Below, one piece after another: positions 10,539 through 22,424 of a stretch of 64,000 nucleotides of DNA. A program made the position numbers and the translations under genes. The DNA is taken from assembly GCA_036867785.1 (NCBI GenBank), contig CP145418.1, positions 930,001 to 994,000 of the forward strand. Direction: 5' to 3'. Every line of letters begins with the position of its first letter. Within the stretch, counting starts at the first letter, position 1. The DNA is from Plasmodiophora brassicae. Lineage: Eukaryota. The notes under the pieces were generated by a model, which was given only the letters and a program-made list of their open reading frames with translations, was not told the DNA's origin and did no database searches.

Positions 10539-12169
10539 CTATAAAGCCTGGAAGGCAGACGTCTGTGTCAGCATTTCGTCGATCTGGTTAGCAGCGTAGC
10601 CGAGTTCAGCGAGAATCTCGCGGGTGTGCTGCCCAAGGCGAGGGGGTGGATATCGGGCGATCGTAGGCGTTGCCGACAGAGTAACAGGTGTACGCACCAT
10701 GCTTAGGCCCTGGATCAGTTGCACCATATCTGAACGAAGGGTCGCCTGTTCAGTGGCCTACCCAAGCAAGACGGACGCCTACCTAAATGACGGACCTGTT
10801 CGTCGTCGAACACTTCATCGATGCGGTTCACGGGCCCGCATGGGCATCCGGTGCCGGACAGCTTCGTTTCCACCTGAAGACACCCATGAACATCCACTTG
10901 CCTGGCGGCCGTATCAACCGTCGAATGACCTGAGTCGCAGTCATTGACCTCACAGCGTTTGAGATGCGGGATACGACATCGGAGCGATTAGCAACGCGAT
11001 CCGCGTTCGTGGGATGGCATTTGGCCAAATCGCTACCCGGGGGACTGTGTGTCAGCACAGAGGGCTGTGACGCGGATGCAGAACGTGTACCTTAAACCAA
11101 GGGCGTCGCAGAGGGCGCTGAATTGGACATCATTGCCGGCTCCAATCACAATCCATCGTCCATCAGCTGTGGGGAACGCCTGTCACATGCACAGGCTTAG
11201 GTCAGGCGGGAACTCGCGTATGCGCCCGGATGGACCTGGTAGGGAACGATGGATGCGTGCGCCGACCCAAGCGGCTCGGCAACTGCCCCTGCATTCAGGA
11301 ACGCGGTCGCAAGGTTGATCATGGAAGCGACCTGGACTTCCAGCAAAGACGTGGTGATGCGCTGTCCCTTTCCAGTTGACGACCGCGATATCAGCGCTGA
11401 TAGAATGGCGCCTTGTAGGATCCAGCCCGTACACAGATCGGTAACTGCCACGGCCACCTTCACAGGCGGACGGTCCCGGGCCTCGCCTGTCGCACCTGGC
11501 AAGTCCAACGGTAAGATCACGGTGGGTGAAGTGCGCCCTAGGCATCTCGCGTCCTACCCATGAGGCCGCCAGCGGCGGAAAGCACGACGTCGTACCCAGG
11601 AAGATGTGCCTTCGGTCCCGATTCCCCGTACCCGCTAATCGAAGCGTACACGAGTTTGGGATTCGTTTTCGACAAAGCGTCGTAGCCGAGCCCCATGCGG
11701 TCTACAGGCGTCGATCAGAGCTCGCTCGGACCCGTCTGGTCACACAGGGGACGCCGATCTACCGAGGACGCCAGGTAGGAAATTCTCCACTAGCACATCG
11801 CTGCGATTCGCCAAGCGCAGCACCGCGTCTCGGCCCGCATCCGTCTTCAGGTCCAGCACGATCGAGCGCTTGTTCCGGTTGGCGCACAGGAAGTACGTAC
11901 TGAACCGGTGGCCGGCATCATCGTCCACGAACGGCGGCCCCCATTCTACACGACACGCGAGGTCACGATCCGCCCTGCACCAATGCCATCGCCCGTCCGC
12001 GCTGACGTCGCGTGTCGTCGCCGGCGCCAGGCCGCTCGACCTTGACGACGTCGGCGCCGAAATCGCCCAGCGACTGCGTGCATATCGGCCCGGCCAGGAC
12101 GCGGCTCAGGTCGAGGACCCGAAGGCCGGCAAGCGCCCCCGTCGTCGAACTCCGTCGCTGCAATCCCAT
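10539..12169 (-). CDS. CoA-transferase family III (CaiB/BaiF; SUGCT-like), multi-exon
   Basis: [81 protein letters not shown]. Confidence 0.92.
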
Positions 12170-12245
12170 GTCGACTGCGACAGGGGCCGGTCCCCGTCGT
12201 CGAACTCCGTCGCTGCAATCGCATGTCGACTGCGACAGGGGCCGC
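12137..12245. repeat. 55-bp tandem duplication containing the CoA-transferase start codon
   Basis: gtcgtcgaactccgtcgctgcaatc(c/g)catgtcgactgcgacaggggccg starts at both 12141 and 12196. Confidence 0.92.
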
Positions 12246-12316
12246 CGCCCCCCACGACGTGCTCCAAGCGCTGATGCCTTCACGCGGCAGGTTCGGGCAT
12301 GGGGAATCGGTCGTGT

Positions 12317-14105
12317 TTAGAACCCAGATCCGGGCTGCGGGTTGAACACCAATCGGTCGACGTCATGGGCGCTGAGACGGCGGACGGGTCGGTGCTGCTG
12401 GGGAGTTTCGGCGTCAGGCGACGGCTGGGCGTCGTCGACCGGGCGGCCGTGATGGTCGAATGCGTCGACGGCCAGCCGGTCGACCTGTCGGATGGCGTCT
12501 TCGGGGGACGATTTAAATTGTAGGAGGTGGCCTTGCAGGGTGGCCATGCTGAACGGCGTCGGCGCCATTGCCAATCTATCGGCGAACTCAGTGGGCAGAG
12601 GTGAGTCGGCCGGCAGGTTCGGGTAAAACGTCGCGAATAACCGCCTGGCTTGCGCCTTCGTCCCGGATCCGATCAGCTGAACGAAATCGACACGTCCTGC
12701 AGATGCGATTTAAGCATGTCGCGTATAGCTTTCATGACGACACAAGCGCACCTGGCCGCATCAGTGCGGGGTCGAGACGTTCGATGAAGTTGGTTGTCAT
12801 GAAGATCAGGCGCTCCTCAGATGAGGACACGCCATCAAGCGTGTTCAGAAGGCCGCTGAACGTGACCAGGCTTCGGCTGTCATGCGCCGCCGATCGCTTC
12901 ACGAAGGCGGCGTCGATATCTGTTGGGCGGAAGTAAGCGTCAACGGCGACGGTGCACACGCAGGTGGATACCTTCAAGTAGAACAATGCACCGCTGAGGG
13001 ACGTTGCTCAAGGCCAGCGCAAGACGGTCATCGGTCATGTCGCGATCGGACACGCTCAGGATGCAGATGTCGTAGTTCAAGTACCCAGCAAGCGCAAAGA
13101 TGAACGATGTCTTGCCGCCACCAGGCGGGCCGTGCAGAAGGTAGCCGCGTCGATACGGGATACCGCGCTCATAATACCAGGACGCAGACTGACGCCATTC
13201 TTCCACATCGCCGACGATTCGCTCGGCAATGCCGTCGTCGAGGATCACAGAGCCCAGCGGCCGCTTCGATCGAGCTAGAAACCGTTCGAATCAGTGCGAA
13301 CCCTCAGTCTGGATCGGCAGCGCCTACCGTGCCCGAATGGCCTCCATTCCGTCCCCCAGCTAGTATATATGACTGTCCGACCTTCGTCCTTAGCCAACGC
13401 TTGCGCCCTTGCATTTTCCAGCAAACGATCGAACACGTTCGTGTCCCTGTGCAAACGGCATTACGCTCCAACGCCTGCCCGGGTAACTCGGCACTGGACC
13501 TTCCCAAGCAGGTCAGCACGACCTTCTCCCAGGGCGCACCATTGTCCAGGGCGACGGATCCATGATGGCGCTCGCGTTCAACCCATATCCATCTGCCATC
13601 GTCAAAGAAGATGTGCCGCCCGGGACCGGGGACCTGGCGGAACGTTCAGCAATTGAACATGTACACACAGGGCCGACCCCGGCTTACCTTCTCGAACCGT
13701 GTGACAGTGCTTCCATCGTTACGCTTGTCGCGAACGGTGCAGACCGTTAAGTGCTGTGTGCGGCGACCTCGACTGCTTAACCAGTTCAGCACCTGCAGAC
13801 CGTTCATCGTATTCAGACGCATGGACGCGATCGAAAGCGGATCGGTATTCACCCAAGGGTAGCTGGCATCCTTGGACGTAACTTCCAGCGACATCAGCAA
13901 ATGTCGCCTGGCCAGCGCGGCGCCGACCGTCAACCCCCGCCGACCCAATGCCTACACACACACACACGCATGCACACAGTCAGCAGAGGAGCGCTGCCAG
14001 CGACCCGCCGGACAGCGATTGTACAGCCAGGGTGCCGACGAGCGCCAGGCCCATGCCGCCCTGGAAGACGGGCGTGTCGGCGACATTGACCAAGTCCCAG
14101 CCCAT
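12317..14105 (-). CDS. BCS1: Mitochondrial chaperone BCS1 (AAA ATPase), multi-exon
   Basis: [84 protein letters not shown]. Confidence 0.95.
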
Positions 14106-14464
14106 CGGCTCAGCCGCACTCCGGCGCCCCGTAATACGACCGAAATGGACGTTGACGACCACGTTCTCTGTCCCGCGCTCGCTACCTGTCGCTACGCCGC
14201 CCCATCCCGCCGACACGAACCATTCATTCGCTTCAGGTAAACGCGGGAATCCACAGACCTCGTCATAGATGCCTCCCAGACGATGACGTGGTGAACGCGT
14301 CGGCGACGTTGCTGGCGGATCGGGAAGTGAAAGGTTATCGGACGCGTCGGCCGGCGCGTACCCGGCAAAACCATGAAACAGGTCGGAGTCGGGACGACGT
14401 GCAATTCGCAATGACCGGTCGGGAAGGCGGGCGACAGGGCGAGGGCAGTGGGCGCCCGTTGCCC

Positions 14465-14914
14465 ATGACGCAGCTGAGGAGGGACCCGACGTTCCTGCAG
14501 CCCATGCTCGAGAAGGTCGTCAAGAACGTGGACAGGAAGCACGGGTACGGGTATGGTCGCAGCAACGACGACACCGTGCTTCGCGATACGTTTGGCAACA
14601 GGGTTTATGTCGGCCATACGGAGACGGAATGCTGGCGCTCGGAGGTCCTTGATCTTCTGAAACGCCAGCAGGAGGATTCGGTCGAGATCGACGACATCGA
14701 TAAGGGCCGGCTGTTCTACACCCTGCAGAAGGTGGACGGCGTCTGGATCCTGATCCAGACCTGCATCGACTTGCACGGCGACGCCGGCTTCTTCACTGAC
14801 TACATCGTCGTCGACGATTTCGACAAGCTGCACGACCATATCAAGGACCTCGACATTGACGATGATTCGACGTCGGAAGACGGCGACGATCAGCCAGGCA
14901 GCGAACACGACTGA
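14465..14914 (+). CDS. Hypothetical protein with acidic C-terminus
   Basis: Coding-like codon usage; divergently oriented from BCS1; no recognised domain; start uncertain (14465 or 14504). Confidence 0.6.
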   Translation: MTQLRRDPTFLQPMLEKVVKNVDRKHGYGYGRSNDDTVLRDTFGNRVYVGHTETECWRSEVLDLLKRQQEDSVEIDDIDKGRLFYTLQKVDGVWILIQTCIDLHGDAGFFTDYIVVDDFDKLHDHIKDLDIDDDSTSEDGDDQPGSEHD

Positions 14915-15079
14915 GCCACAGGGGCGGGCTCCCACTCGAGACCAGGTCGAAACGATAGCGCGTCCAACAAGGCGGCGACGTCTCACCCGAAGCGCCTCAA
15001 ACAGGGCAGTCGTTTGCTATTTACAGACGTCGACAGCACTCTAAATTCGGGTTATGCCACCACCGTCCCAATTCGTCAA

Positions 15080-15799
15080 ATGGTGAAGATCGCGTTAGCG
15101 CTGGTCGCCGTACCGCTAGTGCTGCTCATCAGCAGGGCTCATTCAGCAGACGGCCGTGAACCTGCACCCGATGCCAACGAAGCGCCCTCCAGAGGAATAC
15201 ATCAACGACGAGCCCAACTCCTGGTGTACGCAGCAGCAACGATGCTGAGCCCATCTGCCATGGTCACCGCCGCATCGGCGTACCTGAACGACCACCCGTA
15301 CTACTACGATGCTGGCACGCTGAACCCAATTCTGGGGCCACTGCGACTCTACAGGTCCTGCATCGCCTTCTACAGGCGCCGGTACGAGTCCGCCAACGAA
15401 GGCATCTGGATCGGACGACGAGTACTGAACATGGACTACCCGGCAGGCGTCAGCCTGCTGGCCGGGGCCGATGTCTACCACTGGGAGATTGCATTCAACG
15501 GCGTCATGTACAATTTCGTGGACGGACGTAACCACGTTGCACACGTACGTGTCCATGCAGTCGACGATGAGCAAGGGCGGCAGTTTGAATTCCATAAGAT
15601 CACCGGGCATCCGATCGTTCGTAGCGCTGGGGAGATCGAGCAGTACGCGCACACGTACGCCGGACGATGCGGCCCATTTCACATTCTGACCAACAACTGC
15701 CAGCGCCTCGTCCTCGCCATGTACCAGTTCGCCACCGGCTTGCCGCGAACACGATCTGACGCACACGTTCGCATGTCCATGCCGAACCTTCTCTTCTGA
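15080..15799 (+). CDS. Secreted permuted papain-like (PPPDE/LRAT-type NlpC/P60) protein
   Basis: Signal peptide MVKIALALVAVPLVLLISRAHSA; HWEIAFNG (catalytic His candidate) upstream of FHILTNNCQ (catalytic Cys candidate). Confidence 0.7.
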   Translation: MVKIALALVAVPLVLLISRAHSADGREPAPDANEAPSRGIHQRRAQLLVYAAATMLSPSAMVTAASAYLNDHPYYYDAGTLNPILGPLRLYRSCIAFYRRRYESANEGIWIGRRVLNMDYPAGVSLLAGADVYHWEIAFNGVMYNFVDGRNHVAHVRVHAVDDEQGRQFEFHKITGHPIVRSAGEIEQYAHTYAGRCGPFHILTNNCQRLVLAMYQFATGLPRTRSDAHVRMSMPNLLF

Positions 15800-15904
15800 C
15801 GCCCTTCATACCCAGAAATGAATCTTGCTTCGGCATGTGGGACCGGCGACCGGTTCCGTCCTCCGACCCCGCCTCCGACAGCCCATTCATTTCGACCAGC
15901 GACC

Positions 15905-18900
15905 ATGTCGAGCGGCAAGTCGTACGCATCCGTTATCGGCATCGGCACGTCTCGTGGATTGCATCGGGTCGTATGCCAGACTGCTGACGCGGCCACGTTG
16001 CAGATTTCGGTACCGGAGGCTATGCTGTCGCCATAGCGTTCAAGAAATCGACCGGCAACATATGCGTCCTGGAAAGCGAGCCAAAGAACGGCCAGCCAGT
16101 TCGTAAGAACAGGTGTCTGGTGATTGTATTCCATGGGTGACGCAGGGACGTCTGATCGCATGGATCGAACACAGCTGCGCTGTGCTGGCCAGACGTGATA
16201 GTTCAGGGGCCATGTCGCTGGTGAGCATTGGATACGACGCCCTGTCCGAATTCGCAGAGATGGAGGACGACGACAGGAGCAGTGTGCTGCTGTTTCCAAG
16301 CGTGAAGATGGACCTGTACAAGGGCGACGACACGGCGGCGACTTCTGCTGTTAACGGCGAACGCGTCCCGGCGTCCGATGTCGTAGAGATGGCTTTGAGT
16401 GAGATTCGTCGCCAGGCCATGGTCTTTTTCAGGAAGGTGTCTGGAACGGAAACAGCGAGCATCCTGTGGGTGCTTACTGTTCCAGCGATTTGGTACGAGT
16501 CCTGGCTTCGCCCGTTCAGCGTCGACTTATAGCACGATGCATGTCAGGACGGACGCGTCCAAGCAGGTCATGAGGCAGGCGGCTATCAAAGGTGATCATT
16601 CTGTGATGGAGTCGGTTTCGTTGACTGACCTTGCATTTGTGCAGCCGGAATCCCTGATGCGAACCTGATTCTCGCTCTGGAACCCGAAGCGGCATCGATG
16701 TTCTGCCAAAAGGGCGCGAGCCCCGACGCCATTCCTTCTCCCATGAATCCGGACGATTCGTACATGGTGGTCGATGCCGGAACGGGAACAGTTGACATCA
16801 CTGTCCACCAGCTCAACAATTGTGGAAAGCTCCAGGATATCGTGTAGGCAGAAATGATTGCATTCCAGATTGTCGCCACCCGCTTATGGGCTCGTTGCAG
16901 TGTTCCGCAAGGTGGACCGTGGGGATCTCGCGAAATCGACAAAGAGTTCGTTGCGCTGCTTGAAGAAGTGTTTGGCGAATCAACGATCCGAGGATTTATG
17001 GAAGAGGCGCCGGCCGATTATCTCGAGCTGTTAAAGCACTTTGAGAGCGTGAAGATTCGGGCGGATCTGGGAACGAAAAAGTCAACGACGATCAACATGG
17101 GACGGAAACTGCTCTTCTTCGCCACCGAGGGCGATGACGACATCGCTAACGCCAATGATCGAAAGCTCCCCGATGGGGTCGGTATTGATGAGCGTTTTGG
17201 ATACCTAATCCTGTCTGAGGAGAAGCTCCGGGATCTGTACAAACCCGCCATCACGAACATTTGCAATCTCATAGCAAGGTTAACCGATGAGGTTGCTGAG
17301 CCGAACCTGTGCTGATTTCCCAACACAGCATTTTAAATGAAGAGCAGGTTCGAGAGACCTGCCGGACGCTGTACCTCGTTGGAGGATTTGGTGCGTCGCC
17401 GTTCCTGGAGGAAGCGATTCGGGACGTCGTCAGCGAAAGCAGACTCAACATCAACATCCTGAGGCCCGTCGACCCTTGCAGTATGAAATACGTGATCTGC
17501 GACGTGTTCCCAGGCTGACCCCAGTGCGGTGTAGCGGCTGTGGTCAAAGGCGCTGTCCTGTACGGCCAGTTCCCCGAGGCGCTATCATCGCGTCTTTGCC
17601 AGAACAACATTGGCATCTGCGTCACAGTGCCATACGATGATGCATTGCACGACAAGGATCACGCATCCAACACTACCATTGGCGGTACGCGCTGGTGCAC
17701 TGCCGCCCTCGACATGCTGGTACGATGCGGTCAACGGGTCCGCGCCAACCAGGTGCTGTTGCCATTGAGGTATTCAAACGGCACCGTCTGATCGTCGGTG
17801 TTGCAGGCGATGGTCTTTCAGTACAAGCGCGTGTCGGAAGACCAGAACGTGTCCGTCGTCCGGCTGTATCAGTCCGATGGCCCAGACGCCAAGTTCATAA
17901 CGGACGTCGGCGTTCGCCCCATCGGGGAACTCCTGGTCGTCACGCCGCAGTCTGCGACAACGGACACGATCCAGGTCCAGCTCCAGTTCGGCTCGACCGA
18001 GATCCAGGCGACCGCAGCAACAGGTGACGGCAAGCCTGTCAAATGCTCCTTGGACTTCGGCAAAGTTGGCTTGTCTCATCGCCCGCATTTGTCGCAATCC
18101 TTCGTTCCAGTTGGTATGACAGCACCTAACAATTTGTATAATGAACCCGGCGTAACGACCGTTGGTTAGACGTCTGCTTCGTCATGGATTGCACAGGGTC
18201 CATGGCAGAGTGGATCGACGCGGCCAAGAACCAGCTGTTCGGCATCGCTGACAGAGTCATGAAGAACCTGGCGCAGCGCGATGAGATTTGCCTGTTCAGG
18301 TGCGCATTCGTCGCCTATCGGGATTTCTGTGACGGACCCGCCGATCGCCTCGACCACATCGATTTCAGCTCGAACATCGACGAGGTGCGGGACTTCATCA
18401 CTCAGCAGCGAGCCTTTGGAGGTGGTGATGGGTAAGACGGTTGCACTTGTTGGAAATGCCTCTCTCTTATCGTGAAGAACAACAGACCAGAAGACCTTTT
18501 GGGAGGATTGGACAGGGCGTCGACTTTGAACTGGATGGCCAACCACAACCGGTTCCTGGTTCTGGTGGCTGATGCCCCTTGTCATGGAACGGATTATTCA
18601 GGGACGGATAGCGGTGACTCGTTCCCTGCGGTAACAAATCGGGAGCGGTCTGTTAGTCACTCGTCGACACTGAATCGTTTCAGGGCAACCCGGACGGGTT
18701 GACGCCCGAGTCTGTATTCGACGCCCTGCGTCACCTCAACCTGCAGATCATCTTTACGAAGATCACGAACCACACGGACCTGATGATCTCGATGTTCAAG
18801 ACGACGCACCCGATTCGGGAGGTCCACATGGACGAGACGAACTGCGTCTCCCAGTTCGGCCGCACGCTGTCCAGCGAGATCGTCGGGCACATCCGGCGAC

Positions 18901-18911
18901 GGGAAAACTGA
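15905..18911 (+). CDS. HSPA12-like Hsp70-family protein fused to a C-terminal vWA domain (multi-exon)
   Basis: VIGIDFGT, WVLTVPAIW, ALEPEAAS, MVVDAGTGTVDIT, GGPWGSREID, LYLVGGFGASPFL, VVKGAVLYG. Intron 18114-18169 joins in frame to DVCFVMDCTGSM..FVAYRD..GGGD..EDL.GGL..LVADAPCHG (vWA). Confidence 0.8.
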
Positions 18912-19086
18912 CCGGTCGTGCGCGCTGCACGGAACTGGGCAGCATGTGTGTGTGTGTGTGTACAAGCCGCATAACGTGATCGTGGGCATGACCCCATCCC
19001 ATTCGACGGTTAGGTAGTATACTCGGGATAAGTACTTAAGTAGGTAGCTGCAGCGGTGCCACGGAGTTGCGCACGTAGCTCGCCAC

Positions 19087-21240
19087 ATGTCCTCGTCTGA
19101 CGACGTGGATGACGATGGGCGACGCGGCGGCCTGGGGCGGCAGCACCGCCGCGATCGAGCCATCTATGGCGTTTTCGGGTCCGACGACGACGACGAGGAA
19201 GCCCGGGCGCGGTTTGCGAATCGGAGTACCGGGCAGCCGGTAGCGCGGGCGCCCGTCACGTTCGTCGCCAGCGGCGGCCCCGCCCCACCGCCCCCTGCGA
19301 CAAGCGATGCCGCCGCCCCGCCTCGTCGTCCAGCGAATCCCACCGTCAAACCCGCGTTTGAGAAACACACGAAAGGGTTCGGCAGCAAGTACTTGGAGAA
19401 GTTCGGGTTCGTCGATCGCCTGGGCAAATCTGGAACGGGGTTGGCCGCCCCGATCGAAGCGAAGCAACGCCCAACGAACATGGGCCTGGGGTTCGACGGT
19501 GTCGATGCGAAGCCGGTCCCGAAGCCGAAACCGCCTCCGAAACCGAAGCCGGCGCGCACGCCCGTTCAGCAATGGCGTCGCGACCTGAAACAACAGCAGG
19601 AGGTCGTGTACAAGACGTCGAGTCAGATGCTGGAGGAGCGCTTCGACGTGCGAGCCTCTGCTGTGATCGACATGACGGGGCCGGGTGGCGCGCGAACAAC
19701 GACCTTCGATCGTTTGCAGGAAGAGGAAACGGCCGCGGAGCCGACCCTTCTTCCGGAATTGCACCACAACCTGAAGTTGCTCGTGGAGATGACCGAAGGC
19801 GATATTGAGAAGCTGGAACGACGACGGCAGATGATGGATCACGAGATGGCGAACCTGCGCTCCAAGCAGGAGGTCATGCAGGCGCGTGCAACGACCAACA
19901 GGTTGGCCGTTGAGCGCCTGGAGAAGGTGCAGGCGATTGTGACGCAGCTTGCCATTCAGCTCGACTCGTCGTCACCCGACCGCATCACGGTGGACGCGGC
20001 CGCCGACACCTTCGACCTTCTGAGGAGCCGGTACGCGGCCGAGTACCGCGAGTTCCACCTCGAGGACCTGATCCATTGCCACGTCGTTCCGATCCTCCGC
20101 GATAGTGACGAACCGGCCGCGTTCAAGCGCTGGCGAACCGTCATGGCCGCGGACGCGTACGATGCCCTGTGCGAACAGGTCGTCATCCCCCGTCTTCGAC
20201 AAGCGATTGCCGGCCGCGATTTGATCGTGGACTCCAGCGTGGTCGCGTCACATTTCGAGTCGTGGTCCGCCGCCCTGTCGCCCTCGACGACCGCCGCCTT
20301 GTACGACTCGATCGTCATCCCGCGTCTGGCGCAGATCGCAGCGTCGTGCGACCCGCTGGCGACGCCGCCTCATCTGTGGGCGCACCCATGGCTCCCTGTT
20401 CTCGGGCAAACCCGTCTGCAAGGCGTTCACGACGCGATCTTCGCCCGAGTATCGCGAGCGTTGTCGTCGTGGAAGCCAGGCGATCCTCGCGGGCATGCCG
20501 CGGTCGCCCCCTGGCGAACCGTGTTTTCGAACCGGCAACTCCACCGGCTGATGACCGCGTCCGTCGTCCCAGCGCTTCGTGGCACCGCAAGGAAGCAGGG
20601 CATCGGCGCTGGCGATGCGAACTTCGATGCCACCTGCCTGATGAACGTGCTGGAATGGGCCGATCTGCTGCCGGTGCCGGCGCTGCTGGACATCCTGGAG
20701 ACGTCGATCTGGCCGCGATGGCTGACGGGCATTGCCAGGTGGATGGGGACGCGTCCCGACTACGCCGTCGCGTTGTCGTGGTTCACCAGATGGTGCGACA
20801 GCCTCCCGAGCGCGATCTCGCGAACCGCCAGCGTCCAGTCCGTCATCCGGTACGGGCTCCTGCTGCTTAACGCGGCCGTCACGGGCACGGGCGACCTTCA
20901 ACTGATTGTCCAACGGGCTCTGCAGCGAATGCAGTCGGATCGCCTGCTGCGTCAGCAACCAGCGCGACCGCAGGCGACGTCAGCGGCGGCCGTACCAGAG
21001 CCGGCGTCCGAACTCGGCTCGCTGCGCGACCTGGTGTCCAAGTACGCCGAGGCGAACGACGTCGCGTTCATCCCGAACGTGCGCCTCGGCCTGCACCACG
21101 GCAAGCAGATCTTCAAGTTCGGCACCGCCAACATCTACATCGACCACGACTGCGTCTACCACCTGCCCAGAGGATCCACCGACCGCGACGCCTGGCGACC
21201 CGTCACCCTATCCAGCCTCGTCCAAATCGCCCGCTCATAA
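19087..21240 (+). CDS. TFIP11: Tuftelin-interacting protein 11 / Ntr1 (G-patch spliceosome disassembly factor)
   Basis: AIYGVF N-terminal motif; G-patch FEKHTKGFGSKYLEKFGF..LGKSGTGL..PI..GLGF; PELHHNLKLLV; HLWAHPWLP; GKQIFKFG. Confidence 0.92.
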   Translation: MSSSDDVDDDGRRGGLGRQHRRDRAIYGVFGSDDDDEEARARFANRSTGQPVARAPVTFVASGGPAPPPPATSDAAAPPRRPANPTVKPAFEKHTKGFGSKYLEKFGFVDRLGKSGTGLAAPIEAKQRPTNMGLGFDGVDAKPVPKPKPPPKPKPARTPVQQWRRDLKQQQEVVYKTSSQMLEERFDVRASAVIDMTGPGGARTTTFDRLQEEETAAEPTLLPELHHNLKLLVEMTEGDIEKLERRRQMMDHEMANLRSKQEVMQARATTNRLAVERLEKVQAIVTQLAIQLDSSSPDRITVDAAADTFDLLRSRYAAEYREFHLEDLIHCHVVPILRDSDEPAAFKRWRTVMAADAYDALCEQVVIPRLRQAIAGRDLIVDSSVVASHFESWSAALSPSTTAALYDSIVIPRLAQIAASCDPLATPPHLWAHPWLPVLGQTRLQGVHDAIFARVSRALSSWKPGDPRGHAAVAPWRTVFSNRQLHRLMTASVVPALRGTARKQGIGAGDANFDATCLMNVLEWADLLPVPALLDILETSIWPRWLTGIARWMGTRPDYAVALSWFTRWCDSLPSAISRTASVQSVIRYGLLLLNAAVTGTGDLQLIVQRALQRMQSDRLLRQQPARPQATSAAAVPEPASELGSLRDLVSKYAEANDVAFIPNVRLGLHHGKQIFKFGTANIYIDHDCVYHLPRGSTDRDAWRPVTLSSLVQIARS

Positions 21241-22424
21241 TATTACACGCCCGATCACTGGTCACGTTTGCTGATTTCGTGCCAAACGGAGGACCGCCTG
21301 GCCGGACCGAACCTGCCCAACCGACGCTACCTTCCTGGACAGGCGCCGTGGATCGCCCAGGAACGATACGCGGGCGTGTGTACCCGGGAACCGCCCGCTT
21401 GGTGCACATGCTGAGGGCCTGCCCGCCGATCTGCACCCGCGCTATGTACCCCCATGGTCGAATGGGCGCCAGGACAGCCGACACCAGTCAGCACGTAGAG
21501 ACCCCCTTACTCAATACAATAGTGGCCCATGGGACCCACGTCAGTTGAGCGATACACGACGGCGCGCGGGTGCCCTCGCTCCAGCGGCAACGGGCGGCGC
21601 TGTTGCAACGATCACGGGCGACTTGGCCGACATCGCTTAACTAGACAACCGAGTTGTATAACGGATCGAATCTTGGGACCGGACGTGATGTGAGTGCCAG
21701 AGTCGCCCTGGATCCCATCGGGGTGAAATTTACCGATGCGCCCGATAGCCTTCGTTTGATTGTGCAAACCAGGGGCGTCTGTCAAACGGTGTGGCGGGGC
21801 CGATGCATGCCTTCAAACCCAAGGGTACGACACATCCTGCGGGTTCTACACAGGTCTGTCGGGTTCACCCGGTATCAGCAGATGGGGTTGTATTCGTTTC
21901 GGGCAAGCCACAGGTGTTTCCGACCTCCGCCTGATCTGCTGTAGTTGATGTCGAACGGGAACAGTTTGAACGGGGTATCTTTTGCGATCAGAGCGCCGAC
22001 GTCGGAGGTGCAAAGTACTTCAAACTCTCCATGCGACATACTCTCCGCTGTAGCGCGACGACATCTTCGTAACTAGCGTCCATATCGAGAATAACATTAG
22101 GCGCGTCCACCCCGGGCAACTTTACCGGAACACCAGTGGCCGGATGGAAACGGCAGGGAAGGAGGCCACGTTGACCTGCCGTAACGGCTGTGCTGAACCC
22201 TCCACGTTTACCGCGACGACGGGTCCCTTCCGCGTTTCGATGCGCTTCCGCGATCGACAGCAGCTGGCTGGCTCACTGGACAATCAGGAGAATGCAGGCC
22301 AGATGCCCGGTCGCAGATGACGCAGGCTGCTGGCATCGCAGAAGCGGTAATGGCCGGGAGACGCCGCCGCACGGACGCGGACGATGTTCCTGCAGGAACA
22401 GATGCTTTCCATTCGACGTGCACC

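Noticed and set aside
18945-18962. (TG)n microsatellite, and (CA)n near 13953-13968
   Set aside because: Short ordinary simple repeats in UTR or intron.
21700-22130. Possible coding remnant on the minus strand between TFIP11 and GT61 copy 2
   Set aside because: Only short protein-like stretches interrupted by stops; no recognisable family.
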